Below are positions 9,975 to 20,655 of a stretch of DNA of 44,212 nt, piece after piece; positions within the stretch are counted from its first letter, which is position 1, and the number at the start of each line of letters is the position of its first letter. The stretch covers positions 1 to 44,212 of the forward strand of contig JAISFC010000010.1 in assembly GCA_031263785.1 (NCBI GenBank). Reading direction: 5' to 3'. The translations under genes were made by a program, and so were the position numbers. The stretch is from Clostridiales bacterium (GTDB lineage Bacteria; Bacillota; Clostridia; Monoglobales; WRBX01). The notes beneath the pieces were generated by a model. It was not told the DNA's origin and made no database searches. It saw only the letters and a list, made by a program, of their open reading frames with translations.

Positions 9975-11273
9975 ATGTTTAGAAAAATAACCGCGCAGCT
10001 TGAGGAATGGCGGGAAAGCCCGTATAGGAAACCGTTGATATTACAGGGCGCAAGGCAGGTCGGCAAGACGTATATCGTGTTGGAATTCGCCAGAAACCAT
10101 TATGACAACATCGTTTCGGTAAATTTCGAGCGCGAGCAGGATGCAAAAGCAATCTTTGAGGCGAGCATCGACCCGGAGGAGGTCATTCCGCGCCTTGCTC
10201 AAAACAAAAAGCAGTCGATAACAAAGGGACGCACCTTGCTTTTTCTTGACGAAATTCAAGCGTGTCCATCTGCGCTTACATCACTAAAATATTTCAACGA
10301 GAACGCCAACGATTATCACGTGATAGCTGCGGGAAGTCTGCTCGGCGTGGCGGTTGCGCATGACCAATACTCCTTTCCCGTTGGCAAGGTGAACACAAAA
10401 ACGCTGTGTCCTATGGATTTTGAGGAATTCTTAATCGCGCTCGGCAAGGGGGATTTAGCGCTCAAAATTCGAGAGCGCTTTGAAGATAACGCTCCGATGG
10501 AATCGTGGCTTCACAAGGAGCTTTTGGGACATTATCGTTCATATTTAATTATAGGCGGTATGCCGTCCTGTGTTAATCTGTTTAAAGATACGCGGGACTA
10601 TACCCTTATCCGCGATGCGCAGAACGCGATTTTGACCGATTATCTGAACGACATGAGCAAGTATAACACCGAGAACGAAATCAAAAAAACGCGGCTCACA
10701 TATTCTGCCGTATCAGCGCAGTTGTCGAAGAAGAACACTCGATTTCAATATAAACTGGTTAAAAAAGGCGGCAGGGCAAGCGAGTTTGAGAACGCAATTG
10801 AGTGGTTGGCGCTGTCCGGTATCGTGTCAAGGGTTTACAACGTAGATGCGATAAAAAAGCCTCTTGAAGACTATAAAAACATCGACAGCTTCAAGATTTT
10901 CTTTTCCGATATCGGGCTTTTGAACGCGAATAAAAACATCATCCCGGAAGACATCCTGTACGAATCGCCTGACCTTAACGATTTCAAGGGCGGCATGACC
11001 GAGAACTACGTCTGCCAGCAGCTTGTGACGGGTAGAAAAATCTTATACACATGGCACAGCGAAGGCATCGCAGAGATTGACTTTATCTACCAAGACGCGC
11101 AGGGCAAGCTAATTCTCGTCGAGGTAAAGTCGGCGGACAACACTCAGGCGAAGTCGCTGACCGCCTATGTGAAAAAGCACAAGCCAGCGTACGCAATTAA
11201 GCTTTCCACGAAGAATTTCGGGTTCGTGAACGGGATTAAAACCGTTCCGCTCTATGCGGCGTTCTGTATTTAA
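9975..11273 (+). CDS. AAA_14 ATPase with C-terminal DUF4143
   Basis: Walker A GARQVGKT, Walker B LDEIQ, GGMP and a C-terminal EIDF...VEVKS nuclease-like motif. Confidence 0.9.
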   Translation: MFRKITAQLEEWRESPYRKPLILQGARQVGKTYIVLEFARNHYDNIVSVNFEREQDAKAIFEASIDPEEVIPRLAQNKKQSITKGRTLLFLDEIQACPSALTSLKYFNENANDYHVIAAGSLLGVAVAHDQYSFPVGKVNTKTLCPMDFEEFLIALGKGDLALKIRERFEDNAPMESWLHKELLGHYRSYLIIGGMPSCVNLFKDTRDYTLIRDAQNAILTDYLNDMSKYNTENEIKKTRLTYSAVSAQLSKKNTRFQYKLVKKGGRASEFENAIEWLALSGIVSRVYNVDAIKKPLEDYKNIDSFKIFFSDIGLLNANKNIIPEDILYESPDLNDFKGGMTENYVCQQLVTGRKILYTWHSEGIAEIDFIYQDAQGKLILVEVKSADNTQAKSLTAYVKKHKPAYAIKLSTKNFGFVNGIKTVPLYAAFCI

Positions 11274-11297
11274 CAAAATAACAAAACTGTATTCAAT

Positions 11298-11329
11298 GGG
11301 AAGTCCGGCAAAGGCTTCCTGCTTTTTTT
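11298..11329 (+). terminator. Probable intrinsic terminator
   Basis: GGGAAGTCC...GGCTTCCT hairpin followed by a T-run, just after the ATPase stop. Confidence 0.55.
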
Positions 11330-11385
11330 ATCGAAAAGTTAGGGCATGAGAAAAGATTTTTGAGAGAGCAACATTAAAATTCCAA

Positions 11386-11462
11386 TGAGTAAATAAAATA
11401 AATTATTTAAGCAATGGGGAACGCACCACACCGAATTCCCCCTAATTTTCTTTTACCAAGCG
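11386..11462. repeat. 77-bp direct repeat, right copy
   Basis: Near-identical to 9775-9851. It includes the stop codon of the convergent 11453-12511 gene. Confidence 0.9.
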
Positions 11463-12511
11463 TACCCTCCATATAGTACCGGCTTAAATTCATTTGCTTT
11501 ATATTCGTAAGCAAAAGCTTCCGGTATATCCCATGTAATGCCCGAAACTATTACTTCGCAGATTCCGTCATTGTTCAAATCATATATTCCCAAAATATCG
11601 TAAATGCAATAGGATTCAGATGCTGATTCTTCTTCACCTGTTGGAATTACATGTGTAAAAAGCTCCTTAACATCTTTAAAATCATCTTTTACCATACAAA
11701 TTATGGAATAAGCGCCGCCGTACTTCCGCGCTAATGTTTCTTCCGAAAACATTTCATATGCACGGCTGGCATTGGCCGCTATAAAATGCTCTACAGCGCC
11801 GTCATTATCAATATCCGCGCTAATTATTTTATCTATTTTTACCTCTGTGCCATTCACTCCTTTTTCTCTTAACAATTTTTTAACAACATCATAATACTTT
11901 GAATACTCTCCCGTATTCGTAATATTTTCCTTAACAATCGCTCCGTTTTTGGGCAAGGGATTATAATCTCCCGTGATAAATAAATATTTTTTGTAGTCTT
12001 CGCTTTCAAGCTTGTCGCCATGAACAAATTTCGGAAGATGTAAGTACCCATTACCATAAACGCTGTCAGGGAAATAACTAGTTAGATTTTCCGCTACCAT
12101 ATGATTTTGGTCAAAAGCAAAAAACCTCATATCATTTTTCCGATTCTCAACGTCATTCTCACTATTTTTTTGATTTTCGTCGTAATTCTCATCATTGTTT
12201 TTATTTTTATCAAGACTTTCAAGCCACGCATCCGTTTGTTCCGTTCGTTCCAAATTCAATTCTTCATTGCCCATATACGAATGCCACACGCCATCTTTAT
12301 ATGTACCTAAATAATATCCTCCGGCGCTAATCCAATTTTCAAATGCTTTTTCTTGCTTTATAGCATCTAATTCACTTAAAATTTCTTCTTTCTCTAAATT
12401 TAACGCCGCCATGTTTGAATTAAGTTTGTGGTTAATTAATACCATTGCAACAACAACTATCACTAACAAGCCGGTTAGTATAATCAGCATATTAACCCTT
12501 TTTTTCATCAT
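11453..12511 (-). CDS. Membrane-anchored or secreted hypothetical protein with DxDxDG (FG-GAP/VCBS-like) motifs
   Basis: GGAGG RBS before MMKKR, an N-terminal TM helix, and the motifs ADIDNDG and YDLNNDG. AT-rich. Confidence 0.75.
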   Translation of the reverse strand: MMKKRVNMLIILTGLLVIVVVAMVLINHKLNSNMAALNLEKEEILSELDAIKQEKAFENWISAGGYYLGTYKDGVWHSYMGNEELNLERTEQTDAWLESLDKNKNNDENYDENQKNSENDVENRKNDMRFFAFDQNHMVAENLTSYFPDSVYGNGYLHLPKFVHGDKLESEDYKKYLFITGDYNPLPKNGAIVKENITNTGEYSKYYDVVKKLLREKGVNGTEVKIDKIISADIDNDGAVEHFIAANASRAYEMFSEETLARKYGGAYSIICMVKDDFKDVKELFTHVIPTGEEESASESYCIYDILGIYDLNNDGICEVIVSGITWDIPEAFAYEYKANEFKPVLYGGYAW

Positions 12512-12534
12512 TAATTCCTCCGATTCTTTTAAGG

Positions 12535-13443
12535 CTAAAAGCACAGCCGCACTGAATTCCCCGCGGGGATGGCGATTTTACGCGCTGTGACGGGCAAAGC
12601 AAGCTCGTCCGCCTCGCAATTTTTGTTCATAATCAGCTCCATAATCGCCTTAAGCGTTCCCGCCGACATGCCCGTGGTATACGAATTTAAAAGCATAAAA
12701 AGCGGGCTTTCCGTCAGCGTTTGCTTGCATAATTCCAACAGCTTGCACAGCTCGTCCTCAATTTTCCATATTTCTCCGTTGGGTCCGCGTCCATACGACG
12801 GCGGGTCCAGAATTATCGCGTCATATAGGCTATTTCTCCTTATTTCGCGCGCCACAAACTTGGCGCAGTCATCCACTATGTATCTAATCGGACGGCTTCC
12901 CGCCCCGTTTAACGCCGCGTTTTCCTTCGCCATCTGCACTATTCCGCGCGACGCGTCCACATGGCACACTTCCACTTGGGGAAAGACCTCCCCCTGTGGC
13001 ATCGCGTCCCCGTCCGACAAATCCGTGCGCCCCGCCAGCGACGCCGCGATTGTTGCTCCGCCCGTGTAGGCAAAAAGGTTCAAAACACGCACCTTTTTCC
13101 GCCCGCTCCCCTTTATCCGCTCGGCGATAAACTCCCAATTGACCGCTTGCTCCGGGAAAATCCCCATGTGTTTAAACCCCATGGGCTTAACCCAAAACTT
13201 CAAATCACCATACGAAACCGCCCATTTTTCCGGCAATTTCTTGTTAAAACTCCACTCGCCGCCGCCTTTGTCGCTCCGCGTGTACACCGCCGCCGCTGCC
13301 TCCCAACGCGGGTCCGCTTGCGGCAAATCCCAAACAGCGGTCGGGTCCGGACGAATGAAAATCTCGCTCCCCCACCGCTCCAGCCGCCGTCCACACGTCG
13401 CGTCAATCAGCTCATATTCCCGCCATTTGTCCGAAATCCTCAT
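12535..13443 (-). CDS. Class I SAM-dependent methyltransferase (RlmI/YwbD-like)
   Basis: FKHMGIFPEQ, VLNLFAYTGG and ILDPPSYGRG motifs. Confidence 0.88.
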   Translation of the reverse strand: MRISDKWREYELIDATCGRRLERWGSEIFIRPDPTAVWDLPQADPRWEAAAAVYTRSDKGGGEWSFNKKLPEKWAVSYGDLKFWVKPMGFKHMGIFPEQAVNWEFIAERIKGSGRKKVRVLNLFAYTGGATIAASLAGRTDLSDGDAMPQGEVFPQVEVCHVDASRGIVQMAKENAALNGAGSRPIRYIVDDCAKFVAREIRRNSLYDAIILDPPSYGRGPNGEIWKIEDELCKLLELCKQTLTESPLFMLLNSYTTGMSAGTLKAIMELIMNKNCEADELALPVTARKIAIPAGNSVRLCF

Positions 13444-13445
13444 AC

Positions 13446-15560
13446 TTATCCCTTTTTACCTTTTCGCGCGGTTTTCTTGCACTCCTTGTTGCTGCACACT
13501 ATCCGCTCCTGCCCCTTAAACCGCTTTTTCACCATAACCGCCCCGCATTTTTCGCACTTTTTGTCGGTCGGCATGTCCCACGACATAAACTCACAACCGT
13601 TGCCGTTGCGCTCACAGCCGTAATAAACCTTGCCGCGCTTGCTCTTTTTGATGAGCACCTTCGCGCCGCACACGGGGCAATTTACGCCCGCCTCCACCAC
13701 AATCGCCTTGGTATTGCGACACTCCGGGAAGCCCGGGCACGCCAAAAACCGCCCATATCTCCCTATTTTATACACCATCATCCGCCCGCACTTTTCGCAC
13801 GGGATGTCGCTGACCTCGTCCTTCAGCTCCACCTGCCCTATTTCCGCCTCCGCCTTGTCCAGCGCAACGGAAAAATCGGGGTAAAAATCCCTCAACACGT
13901 CCACCCAATCGCGCTTGCCGTCCTCCACGCTATCCAGCTGCTCTTCTATGCTCGCCGTGAACTTCATATTGACGATTTTATCAAAATATTCCGCAAGCAG
14001 CCCCGCGACTATGGTCCCCAATTCCGTCGGAAAAAGCGTCTTCCCCTTGCGATTCACATACCCGCGCGAAATAATCGTGCTAATCGTCGGCGCATACGTG
14101 CTCGGTCTGCCAATCCCCTCTTCCTCCATCGCCTTTATAAGCGTCGCTTCCGTGTAATTGGGCGGAGGCGCGGTGAAATGCTGCTCGGGCACAAGCTTGC
14201 TAAGGTTCAGCCGCTGCCCTTCCGCCAAATCAGGCAGCTGCTTCGCCTTTTCCTCTTCCTCGTCCCTGCCCTCAATGTACAGCTTCATAAATCCCGCGAA
14301 CTTTATTTTCATGCCGCTCGCTCTGAAAATATAGTCGTTTGCCGTGATTTCTACGGATATCGTATCCAGCACCGCGCTCTCCATCTGGCTTGCCACAAAG
14401 CGGTCCCAAATCAATTTATAAAGCTTATAAAGTGGCGCGTCCATCGAGTTTTTCGCCAATTCCGGCGTGATTTCGACATACGTCGGACGGACCGCCTCGT
14501 GTGCGTCCTGCGCGTTCTTTTTTGAGCGATAAAAACGCGGCGAACCCGGCAAAAATTTATCGCCGTACTCATTTTTTATGAACCCGCGCACCGCCCCCAA
14601 CGCCTCGTTGGAAATGCGCAGAGAATCGGTACGCATGTAGGTAATCAGCCCGACTACGCCACGCCCCGGGATATTCACGCCCTCGTACAGCTGCTGCGCC
14701 AGCGACATTGTGCGCTTAGAGTTGAAATTGAGCTTGCGCGACGCCTCCTGCTGCAGCGTACTCGTGATAAACGGCGGCGCGGGATTCCGCTTCTTTTCCG
14801 CCCTTTTGACCGACTTCACCACATAGTCCGCGCCCTTCAGCTCGGCGAGAATCCCGTCCGTCTGGCGCTTGTCCTCCAGCGCGATTTTCTTCTCCTTGCC
14901 GTGGAAACGCGCGCTGAACTTCTCCTTAAACAGCGCGTCAATCGTCCAATACTCCTGCGGCTCAAACGCGTCAATTTCGCGCTGACGCCGAACAATCATG
15001 TCCGTCGCAACCGACTGGACACGCCCCGCGGAAAGCCCCTTCTTAACCTTGCGCCACAAAATAGGGCTTATCTTATACCCCACCACGCGGTCGAGAACAC
15101 GCCGCGCCTGCTGCGCATCCACAAGATTTTTGTCAATATCACGCGCGTTTTTTATCGAATCCTTGACCGCCGTCTTGGTAATCTCGTTAAAAGCAATGCG
15201 CGCCGTCTTGCTCTCGTCAACGTTCAACACCTTCGAGAGATGCCACGAAATCGCCTCGCCCTCGCGGTCAGGGTCAGTCGCGAGATACACTTTCTGCGCG
15301 ACTTTCGCCTGCTTTTTCAGCTTGGCAAGTAGCTCGCCCTTCCCGCGCACGGTGATATATCGCGGCTCAAAATCATGCTCAATATCAACGCCCAGCTGGC
15401 TTTTCGGCAAGTCGCGCAAATGCCCCATACATGCCTCAACTTTATAATTTGAACCCAAATATTTAGCGATTGTCCGCGCCTTTGACGGCGACTCCACTAT
15501 CACCAAATATTTTTTTGACGCACTTACTTTCGACGAACCCGCCACCCTTGTATTAGCCAA
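13446..15560 (-). CDS. topA: DNA topoisomerase I
   Basis: VIVESPSKA, ATDPDREGEAI, SAGRVQS, ITYMRTDS and C-terminal zinc ribbons. Confidence 0.98.
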   Translation of the reverse strand: MANTRVAGSSKVSASKKYLVIVESPSKARTIAKYLGSNYKVEACMGHLRDLPKSQLGVDIEHDFEPRYITVRGKGELLAKLKKQAKVAQKVYLATDPDREGEAISWHLSKVLNVDESKTARIAFNEITKTAVKDSIKNARDIDKNLVDAQQARRVLDRVVGYKISPILWRKVKKGLSAGRVQSVATDMIVRRQREIDAFEPQEYWTIDALFKEKFSARFHGKEKKIALEDKRQTDGILAELKGADYVVKSVKRAEKKRNPAPPFITSTLQQEASRKLNFNSKRTMSLAQQLYEGVNIPGRGVVGLITYMRTDSLRISNEALGAVRGFIKNEYGDKFLPGSPRFYRSKKNAQDAHEAVRPTYVEITPELAKNSMDAPLYKLYKLIWDRFVASQMESAVLDTISVEITANDYIFRASGMKIKFAGFMKLYIEGRDEEEEKAKQLPDLAEGQRLNLSKLVPEQHFTAPPPNYTEATLIKAMEEEGIGRPSTYAPTISTIISRGYVNRKGKTLFPTELGTIVAGLLAEYFDKIVNMKFTASIEEQLDSVEDGKRDWVDVLRDFYPDFSVALDKAEAEIGQVELKDEVSDIPCEKCGRMMVYKIGRYGRFLACPGFPECRNTKAIVVEAGVNCPVCGAKVLIKKSKRGKVYYGCERNGNGCEFMSWDMPTDKKCEKCGAVMVKKRFKGQERIVCSNKECKKTARKGKKG

Positions 15561-15653
15561 ATAAAAACCCCTTTATTTTTCTATGCGCCGCGGAAGCCGG
15601 ACGCCAACGCGCCGGACGCACCTATTCAAGCCAATTTCGCCCTCGCTGTGATG

Positions 15654-16760
15654 CTAGCTCGTTTTGATGTAGTTCTTCCCGGACACCTTCCTTATTTTAC
15701 CCCAAATTTCTAAGATTGTCAACAGTGCATTTATCTCCTGCGCGCTCAGCCCTGTCAAATTCACCAAATCATCGGTGTTTTTAGGCTCGTTTTTGTCCAG
15801 CGCCGCCACTATCTTTTTCTGGTCCGGCGAAAGCTCACGCCCCTTGACGGCTTTGTGCACCTCCAAATCACCGCTGCTCTCCTTCGCGTCAATGCCTATG
15901 TCACGCAGCAGGTCCTCCGCGCACGTCATCATCCGCGCGCCCTTTTGGAGCATTTCAATGTTCCCGCTCCCCCGCTCGTTGTCGAGGTTCGTGGGCAGAG
16001 TATACACCACGCGCCCTTGCTTCCACGCCAAATCAGCGGTTATCCTGCTCCCGCTCGACTTTGTGCATTCCACCACAACCGTCCCCAGCGACATACCGCA
16101 TATAAGCCGATTTCGGGCGGGAAAAAGCATCGACAGCGGCTTCGTCCCCGGCGGATGTTCGGAAACCACCGCCCCGCTCTTCTCAATCATTTGCTTGAGC
16201 TTGCCGTTTTCGGGCGGGTACAGCACATCCACGCCGCAGCCAAGCACCGCTATCGTTCGCCCGCTCGCCATAATCGCGCCCTTGTGCGCTATGCTATCAA
16301 TCCCGCGCGCCATGCCGCTGACAATCACACAGCCGTTCTCCGCAAGCCTGTAGGCTATCTTTTCCGCGTATCTCTCGCCATAATGGGAAAAATTCCGCGC
16401 TCCTACCATCGCAATGGGATAGATTAGCTGGCGGAGGTTGCCCACGTAATACAAAAGCGTGGGCGCATCGGGGAGGTCGCGCAAAAGAGGCGGATAATCG
16501 CAGTCTTCGTACTGCAACAGCCCAATCTCCTTCTCTTCGCACTCGGCGAAGATTTTTTTGGCAAGGTCAAGGTCCTTGTCCGATAGCAAATCGACCATTT
16601 TCGGCGCGATTTCACTTGCCGCCAGCTCCTGAGGCGTCGCCTCGAAAACCTTCTTCGCGCTACCGAAAACACGCAACGCATTGCACCTCTCACAGGCGTT
16701 CGCGCGCGCCACCGATGAGAGCCACACATCATAAATTAATTGTTCGTCTAACTTTTTCAT
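15654..16760 (-). CDS. dprA: DNA-processing protein DprA
   Basis: IVSGMARGID, FPARNRLI and a C-terminal winged helix, in the canonical position upstream of topA. Confidence 0.95.
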   Translation of the reverse strand: MKKLDEQLIYDVWLSSVARANACERCNALRVFGSAKKVFEATPQELAASEIAPKMVDLLSDKDLDLAKKIFAECEEKEIGLLQYEDCDYPPLLRDLPDAPTLLYYVGNLRQLIYPIAMVGARNFSHYGERYAEKIAYRLAENGCVIVSGMARGIDSIAHKGAIMASGRTIAVLGCGVDVLYPPENGKLKQMIEKSGAVVSEHPPGTKPLSMLFPARNRLICGMSLGTVVVECTKSSGSRITADLAWKQGRVVYTLPTNLDNERGSGNIEMLQKGARMMTCAEDLLRDIGIDAKESSGDLEVHKAVKGRELSPDQKKIVAALDKNEPKNTDDLVNLTGLSAQEINALLTILEIWGKIRKVSGKNYIKTS

Positions 16761-17502
16761 ATATTATCACCCCTGTCGCAATAGAAACATTTAAAGATTC
16801 TCCGCCGAATATCGGGATTTTCACCCGCGTCTCGCATTCCGCCAAGACGTTTTCACTAATACCACGCGCCTCACTGCCCACAACAATCGCCGTCTTGCCG
16901 CTTAAATCCGCGTCGTACAGCATGTTATCACCATCGACGCAAGCCGCAATTCCACGAAATTTGCCCTCCCTAATCAATAAGGGTAAATCGCTGTCCGGCA
17001 TGACTAAAAGCCGAAAAATCGCTCCCATTGTAGCCCTCACCACCTTCCCGCCGTATGGGTCCGCGCAACCCGCAGACAGCGCCACCGCCTCAACTCCGGC
17101 GCACTCAGCCGTGCGGATTATCGTCCCCAAATTTCCCGGTTCAGATATCCCGTCACACATGACAATATTGCTCTTTCCCGCAATATCAGCGGCGTTCGCG
17201 CGGGGCGGTATCTTGCATACCACCAACACCCCCTGCGAATTTCGGGTTTCGGCAATGGCGTCAAACACCTGCGGCGGGACATAACGTACAAAATCCTTGC
17301 CCCGCTCCGAAATATCCCCGAAAATCTCCCTTATTTCCGCCTCCTGCTTGCAGGTTACGACATATTGCACCTCCGCCCGCGAATTGTCTTCCCTAAGGGC
17401 TTCGCTTGCAAGCCGCACGCCCTCTCCGACGAAAATCCCTGTTTCATCACGATATTTCCGCATTTGCAATTTCTTTATTAGCTTTATTTCTTCCTTGTTC
17501 AA
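16729..17502 (-). CDS. TrmH/SpoU-family RNA methyltransferase
   Basis: PGNLGTIIRTA, VGSEARG and ESLNVSIA motifs. TTG start at 17502 after GGAGG. Confidence 0.92.
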   Translation of the reverse strand: MNKEEIKLIKKLQMRKYRDETGIFVGEGVRLASEALREDNSRAEVQYVVTCKQEAEIREIFGDISERGKDFVRYVPPQVFDAIAETRNSQGVLVVCKIPPRANAADIAGKSNIVMCDGISEPGNLGTIIRTAECAGVEAVALSAGCADPYGGKVVRATMGAIFRLLVMPDSDLPLLIREGKFRGIAACVDGDNMLYDADLSGKTAIVVGSEARGISENVLAECETRVKIPIFGGESLNVSIATGVIIYEKVRRTINL

Positions 17503-17731
17503 ATTCTGCTTTCCTCCCCTAAACGGCATTGTACTGCGTTTGCATCTGATAACCGCAAGGTTTACAATCACGCAATTTACACCGCCGCCGCCTCTATTGT
17601 ATACTATATGTGCAATTTTGTCAAGAAAAAAGACTTTCTGACTGTCAATTTGCTTTGCAAAAATAATGCTTGCAACGACAGCCTGTCTGTGGTATAATTA
17701 TTGCAGGTTCAAAAGAAAGGGGCATAATAAA

Positions 17732-18271
17732 TTGAGTAAAAAATTTTTGTGGTTAATTATCGCCGTAGTTGCGATATTGGGCGTGTATTTTGCCTTTTTT
17801 AATAAAACTGCCACAACACGTAGCGATATATTATTTGAGGATTCGTACATATACCACGAATGGGAAATTGCGGGATTTGAATATACAGGAAACGTGATTC
17901 TCGTCGACGGAAGTATTTACAGCTTTAGCTTCAGCGAAAAAGACGAATATTCCACGACTTTGTCCGAAGATTTAAAAGAGATGAATAAATATATTTTGAA
18001 AAATGCGAAGCTTGAAACGACAAGAGTTTCTAATGATGATTTAGCGAAAATGATAGAGTACGCCGCACAAATTGACGCCGATAAATACATAGAAGGGACA
18101 ATCGTAGGCGCCGATATGGGTTCAAGCGTTATTCAAATATATGATTATGAGACTAATAGTAAGATTTTGCTAAAGGAGTCTGGAGATTTTTCATCGGAAA
18201 ACACAAGCCCGCATGCAGAGGATTTGGTGCAGCTAATCGAAAAATACAGATATGAGATTCACGGATATTAG
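17732..18271 (+). CDS. Membrane-anchored hypothetical protein
   Basis: AAAGGGG RBS before a TTG start, an N-terminal hydrophobic helix, and a TTGCAA/TATAAT-like promoter upstream. Confidence 0.7.
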   Translation: MSKKFLWLIIAVVAILGVYFAFFNKTATTRSDILFEDSYIYHEWEIAGFEYTGNVILVDGSIYSFSFSEKDEYSTTLSEDLKEMNKYILKNAKLETTRVSNDDLAKMIEYAAQIDADKYIEGTIVGADMGSSVIQIYDYETNSKILLKESGDFSSENTSPHAEDLVQLIEKYRYEIHGY

Positions 18272-18322
18272 ACTAAAATCGCATATATAACAGCTTTGTT
18301 TTTCGAGGGTCTATTTGTTGTT

Positions 18323-19195
18323 TTAGTCATTGTTATCAGTGCCTTTAGCAATGACGTCGGTAAGTAATTTAGCAAAATCAAGGGCGTTCATCTTAGTTAT
18401 GACGGGCTTTCCCGTTTCTCTTTCAACCTCACGCCTTGCTATCCCCGCAACCTTGCCGCCACGCTTGGCAATATCCAAATTCTCATCGAAATTCTCGGGT
18501 TTTTCCTCTTTTGATATAGCGGTCGTTGTCGCTTCCGCAAGCTGATTTATCGTGAGTTCAAGCATCGACATATTATCACGCAGATTTTCCTTTTTAAGCC
18601 CTTTATGGTCTTTATATTGACGGGTGGTCATGCCACTCCAATTACGAGTGATTTCGTCCGTTAAAATGGCATATTCTTTGCCCTTTGCAACGCCGCCTTT
18701 ATCCCATTCGTCCGTCAAGTCCTTTCGCACCTGAACAGCCTGCAAACGCTGATTTATCCACGCGGGAGAATAGCCCTTTTTGAGGTATGTAGATAATGCT
18801 CTGTCAATTGCCAATTCAGGGTCGATGGTTTCGTCAATACGTTCTTTCCCCGCTTCTGCAAGCCACATTTTGAACGGTTCGGCTTTTTTAGAAGGAATAG
18901 ATTGGATTATTCGCAAAATTCCATCGATTTTAGCGACATCTGTAAATCGCATTTTGCCGTCATACGCTTTCATTTTCAACCGGTTACAGATTGTAACCGG
19001 TTCATTTCCCTCTTCAATTAAGCGATGTTTTAGGACTTTCCAATAATTTCTTGCTAAATCGTGCGTTGGTTGTTCCGTCAAAATTTCGCAAACGTCGACA
19101 ATAGAAAAATACCATTCTTCTTGGCTCGCATCCCAAACGGAGCGAATTTCTTTGCCTTCAAACAGCTGAAGTTTATTATTATCATTCATTTTCAA
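18323..19195 (-). CDS. Bro-N domain protein (antirepressor-like)
   Basis: IRSVWD...WYFSIVDV, RIIQSIPSKKAEPFKMWLA and KGLKKENLRDNM motifs. Confidence 0.88.
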   Translation of the reverse strand: MKMNDNNKLQLFEGKEIRSVWDASQEEWYFSIVDVCEILTEQPTHDLARNYWKVLKHRLIEEGNEPVTICNRLKMKAYDGKMRFTDVAKIDGILRIIQSIPSKKAEPFKMWLAEAGKERIDETIDPELAIDRALSTYLKKGYSPAWINQRLQAVQVRKDLTDEWDKGGVAKGKEYAILTDEITRNWSGMTTRQYKDHKGLKKENLRDNMSMLELTINQLAEATTTAISKEEKPENFDENLDIAKRGGKVAGIARREVERETGKPVITKMNALDFAKLLTDVIAKGTDNND

Positions 19196-19273
19196 TCACC
19201 AAATACATTATATACGTCCATTGATAATTTGTCAATACATTTGTGTAAGAGCATATTTCCCGCATTATAAGCG

Positions 19274-20452
19274 TTAAAACTCTGCATCTATTCCCCGACC
19301 ACGCCTTGCTTGCCGACGACGTTCCCGCCTGTGCAATATCCCACTTAAATCGGGGAGAATTGCCGTCAATAACGTCATCGCCGTCGTTATTAAAGCCAAA
19401 ATTAGCGCGTAAACCATTGCGTTGAGCGGCGGTACCTCCGATACCAACGGGCGGAAATTGGAAAAGGCGGTGGTAATCGTGGTTGACACGTTCGCCATCA
19501 GAAATTTTGCCCCAAAAAACGCGTATACAGCCGCGAAAACTCCCTGGACGGCTTTGAGCGCCACGTATCTGCACTTAAATCTGCCGCCGGAGGGCAGGAA
19601 TTCAAAGGTCTGCATGCTGACGCACAAACCGCCGAAGGTGACCAAAAATGCCGCAATTGCAATGATAATATGCCATGACATCGCTGTCGGCGCGGAGGCG
19701 AGCATGGCGGTACCGCGCGTCATTTCCAATAGCCCCGCCAGCACAGACGCGGCGGCGGGCGGAATATTCAGCGAGACCAACGCCGTCTGAACAAGCCGTA
19801 TAATTGCCGAAAATAACACGATATACGCGCACACGGTCGCGAGCGAAACCACGGACTCGCGCACCGCGCTTTCATCTCCGCTCGGCGCCTCAGCGTTCGG
19901 CGCAGCAGGCGGAATTCTGCGCTTTTTTGAGGACATGACCAAAAATAATCCCAGCGTCACTGCCGAAAGAATGTGCGCGGCGTACAAAATAACGCCCGCC
20001 ATAAACGACCTGAATAAGCCCGCTCCCACCGCTCCCATGATAAACAGCGGTCCCGAATTGTTGCAGAAAATAGCCATTTTTTCCGCCTCGTCGCGCGTGA
20101 TTAGCTTGCTTTTTAATAGGTCCGCCGCGATTTTCGCTCCCATCGGATAGCCGCTCAACAGCCCCGCGACAAACGCGAACACATATGGCGGCAGACGACG
20201 GGAAAACGCCTGTATAACGCCTAAATCTATCAACGCGCGGATTAGTATCATGAACGGTAGCAGCGACGGGATTATTACGCGCGCGCACAAATCCACGCCT
20301 TCCTTTGCCCCCATGATTGCACTGCTTGGCGCAACGACAACGGCGGCGGCGACCGCGGCGATGACAAATATAAGCGTCCCACGCCTTAGCTTCGGGCTTA
20401 ACAAAACCGCATTTCCACCCGCTTTTCGGCTCCTAAATGCCACTACTTTCAT
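19274..20452 (-). CDS. ylbJ: Sporulation integral membrane protein, YlbJ-like
   Basis: IIPSLLPF, LLSGYPMGAK, NNSGPLFI, GLLEMTRG and FGGLCV motifs in a polytopic protein. Confidence 0.8.
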   Translation of the reverse strand: MKVVAFRSRKAGGNAVLLSPKLRRGTLIFVIAAVAAAVVVAPSSAIMGAKEGVDLCARVIIPSLLPFMILIRALIDLGVIQAFSRRLPPYVFAFVAGLLSGYPMGAKIAADLLKSKLITRDEAEKMAIFCNNSGPLFIMGAVGAGLFRSFMAGVILYAAHILSAVTLGLFLVMSSKKRRIPPAAPNAEAPSGDESAVRESVVSLATVCAYIVLFSAIIRLVQTALVSLNIPPAAASVLAGLLEMTRGTAMLASAPTAMSWHIIIAIAAFLVTFGGLCVSMQTFEFLPSGGRFKCRYVALKAVQGVFAAVYAFFGAKFLMANVSTTITTAFSNFRPLVSEVPPLNAMVYALILALITTAMTLLTAILPDLSGILHRRERRRQARRGRGIDAEF

Positions 20453-20655
20453 TACCTCACCTCCGCCTCAACTACTGTTTTGTTTGCAATTTACCTTTCC
20501 CATTCTTTACTTTACATTACCAACTACTAATAGTATACTATTTGCAAAACGGATATATTTTACTTTACATTTTCGCGATTTAAAAAGACCCGTTGAGAAA
20601 AAAATCTGCATAGATTGTCAAGTAAACCACAAAAATCCACAATAAAATCCGGAAG

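Noticed and set aside
18323-19195. Prophage, suggested by the Bro-N/antirepressor gene
   Set aside because: It is a solitary gene with no integrase, structural or replication genes nearby.
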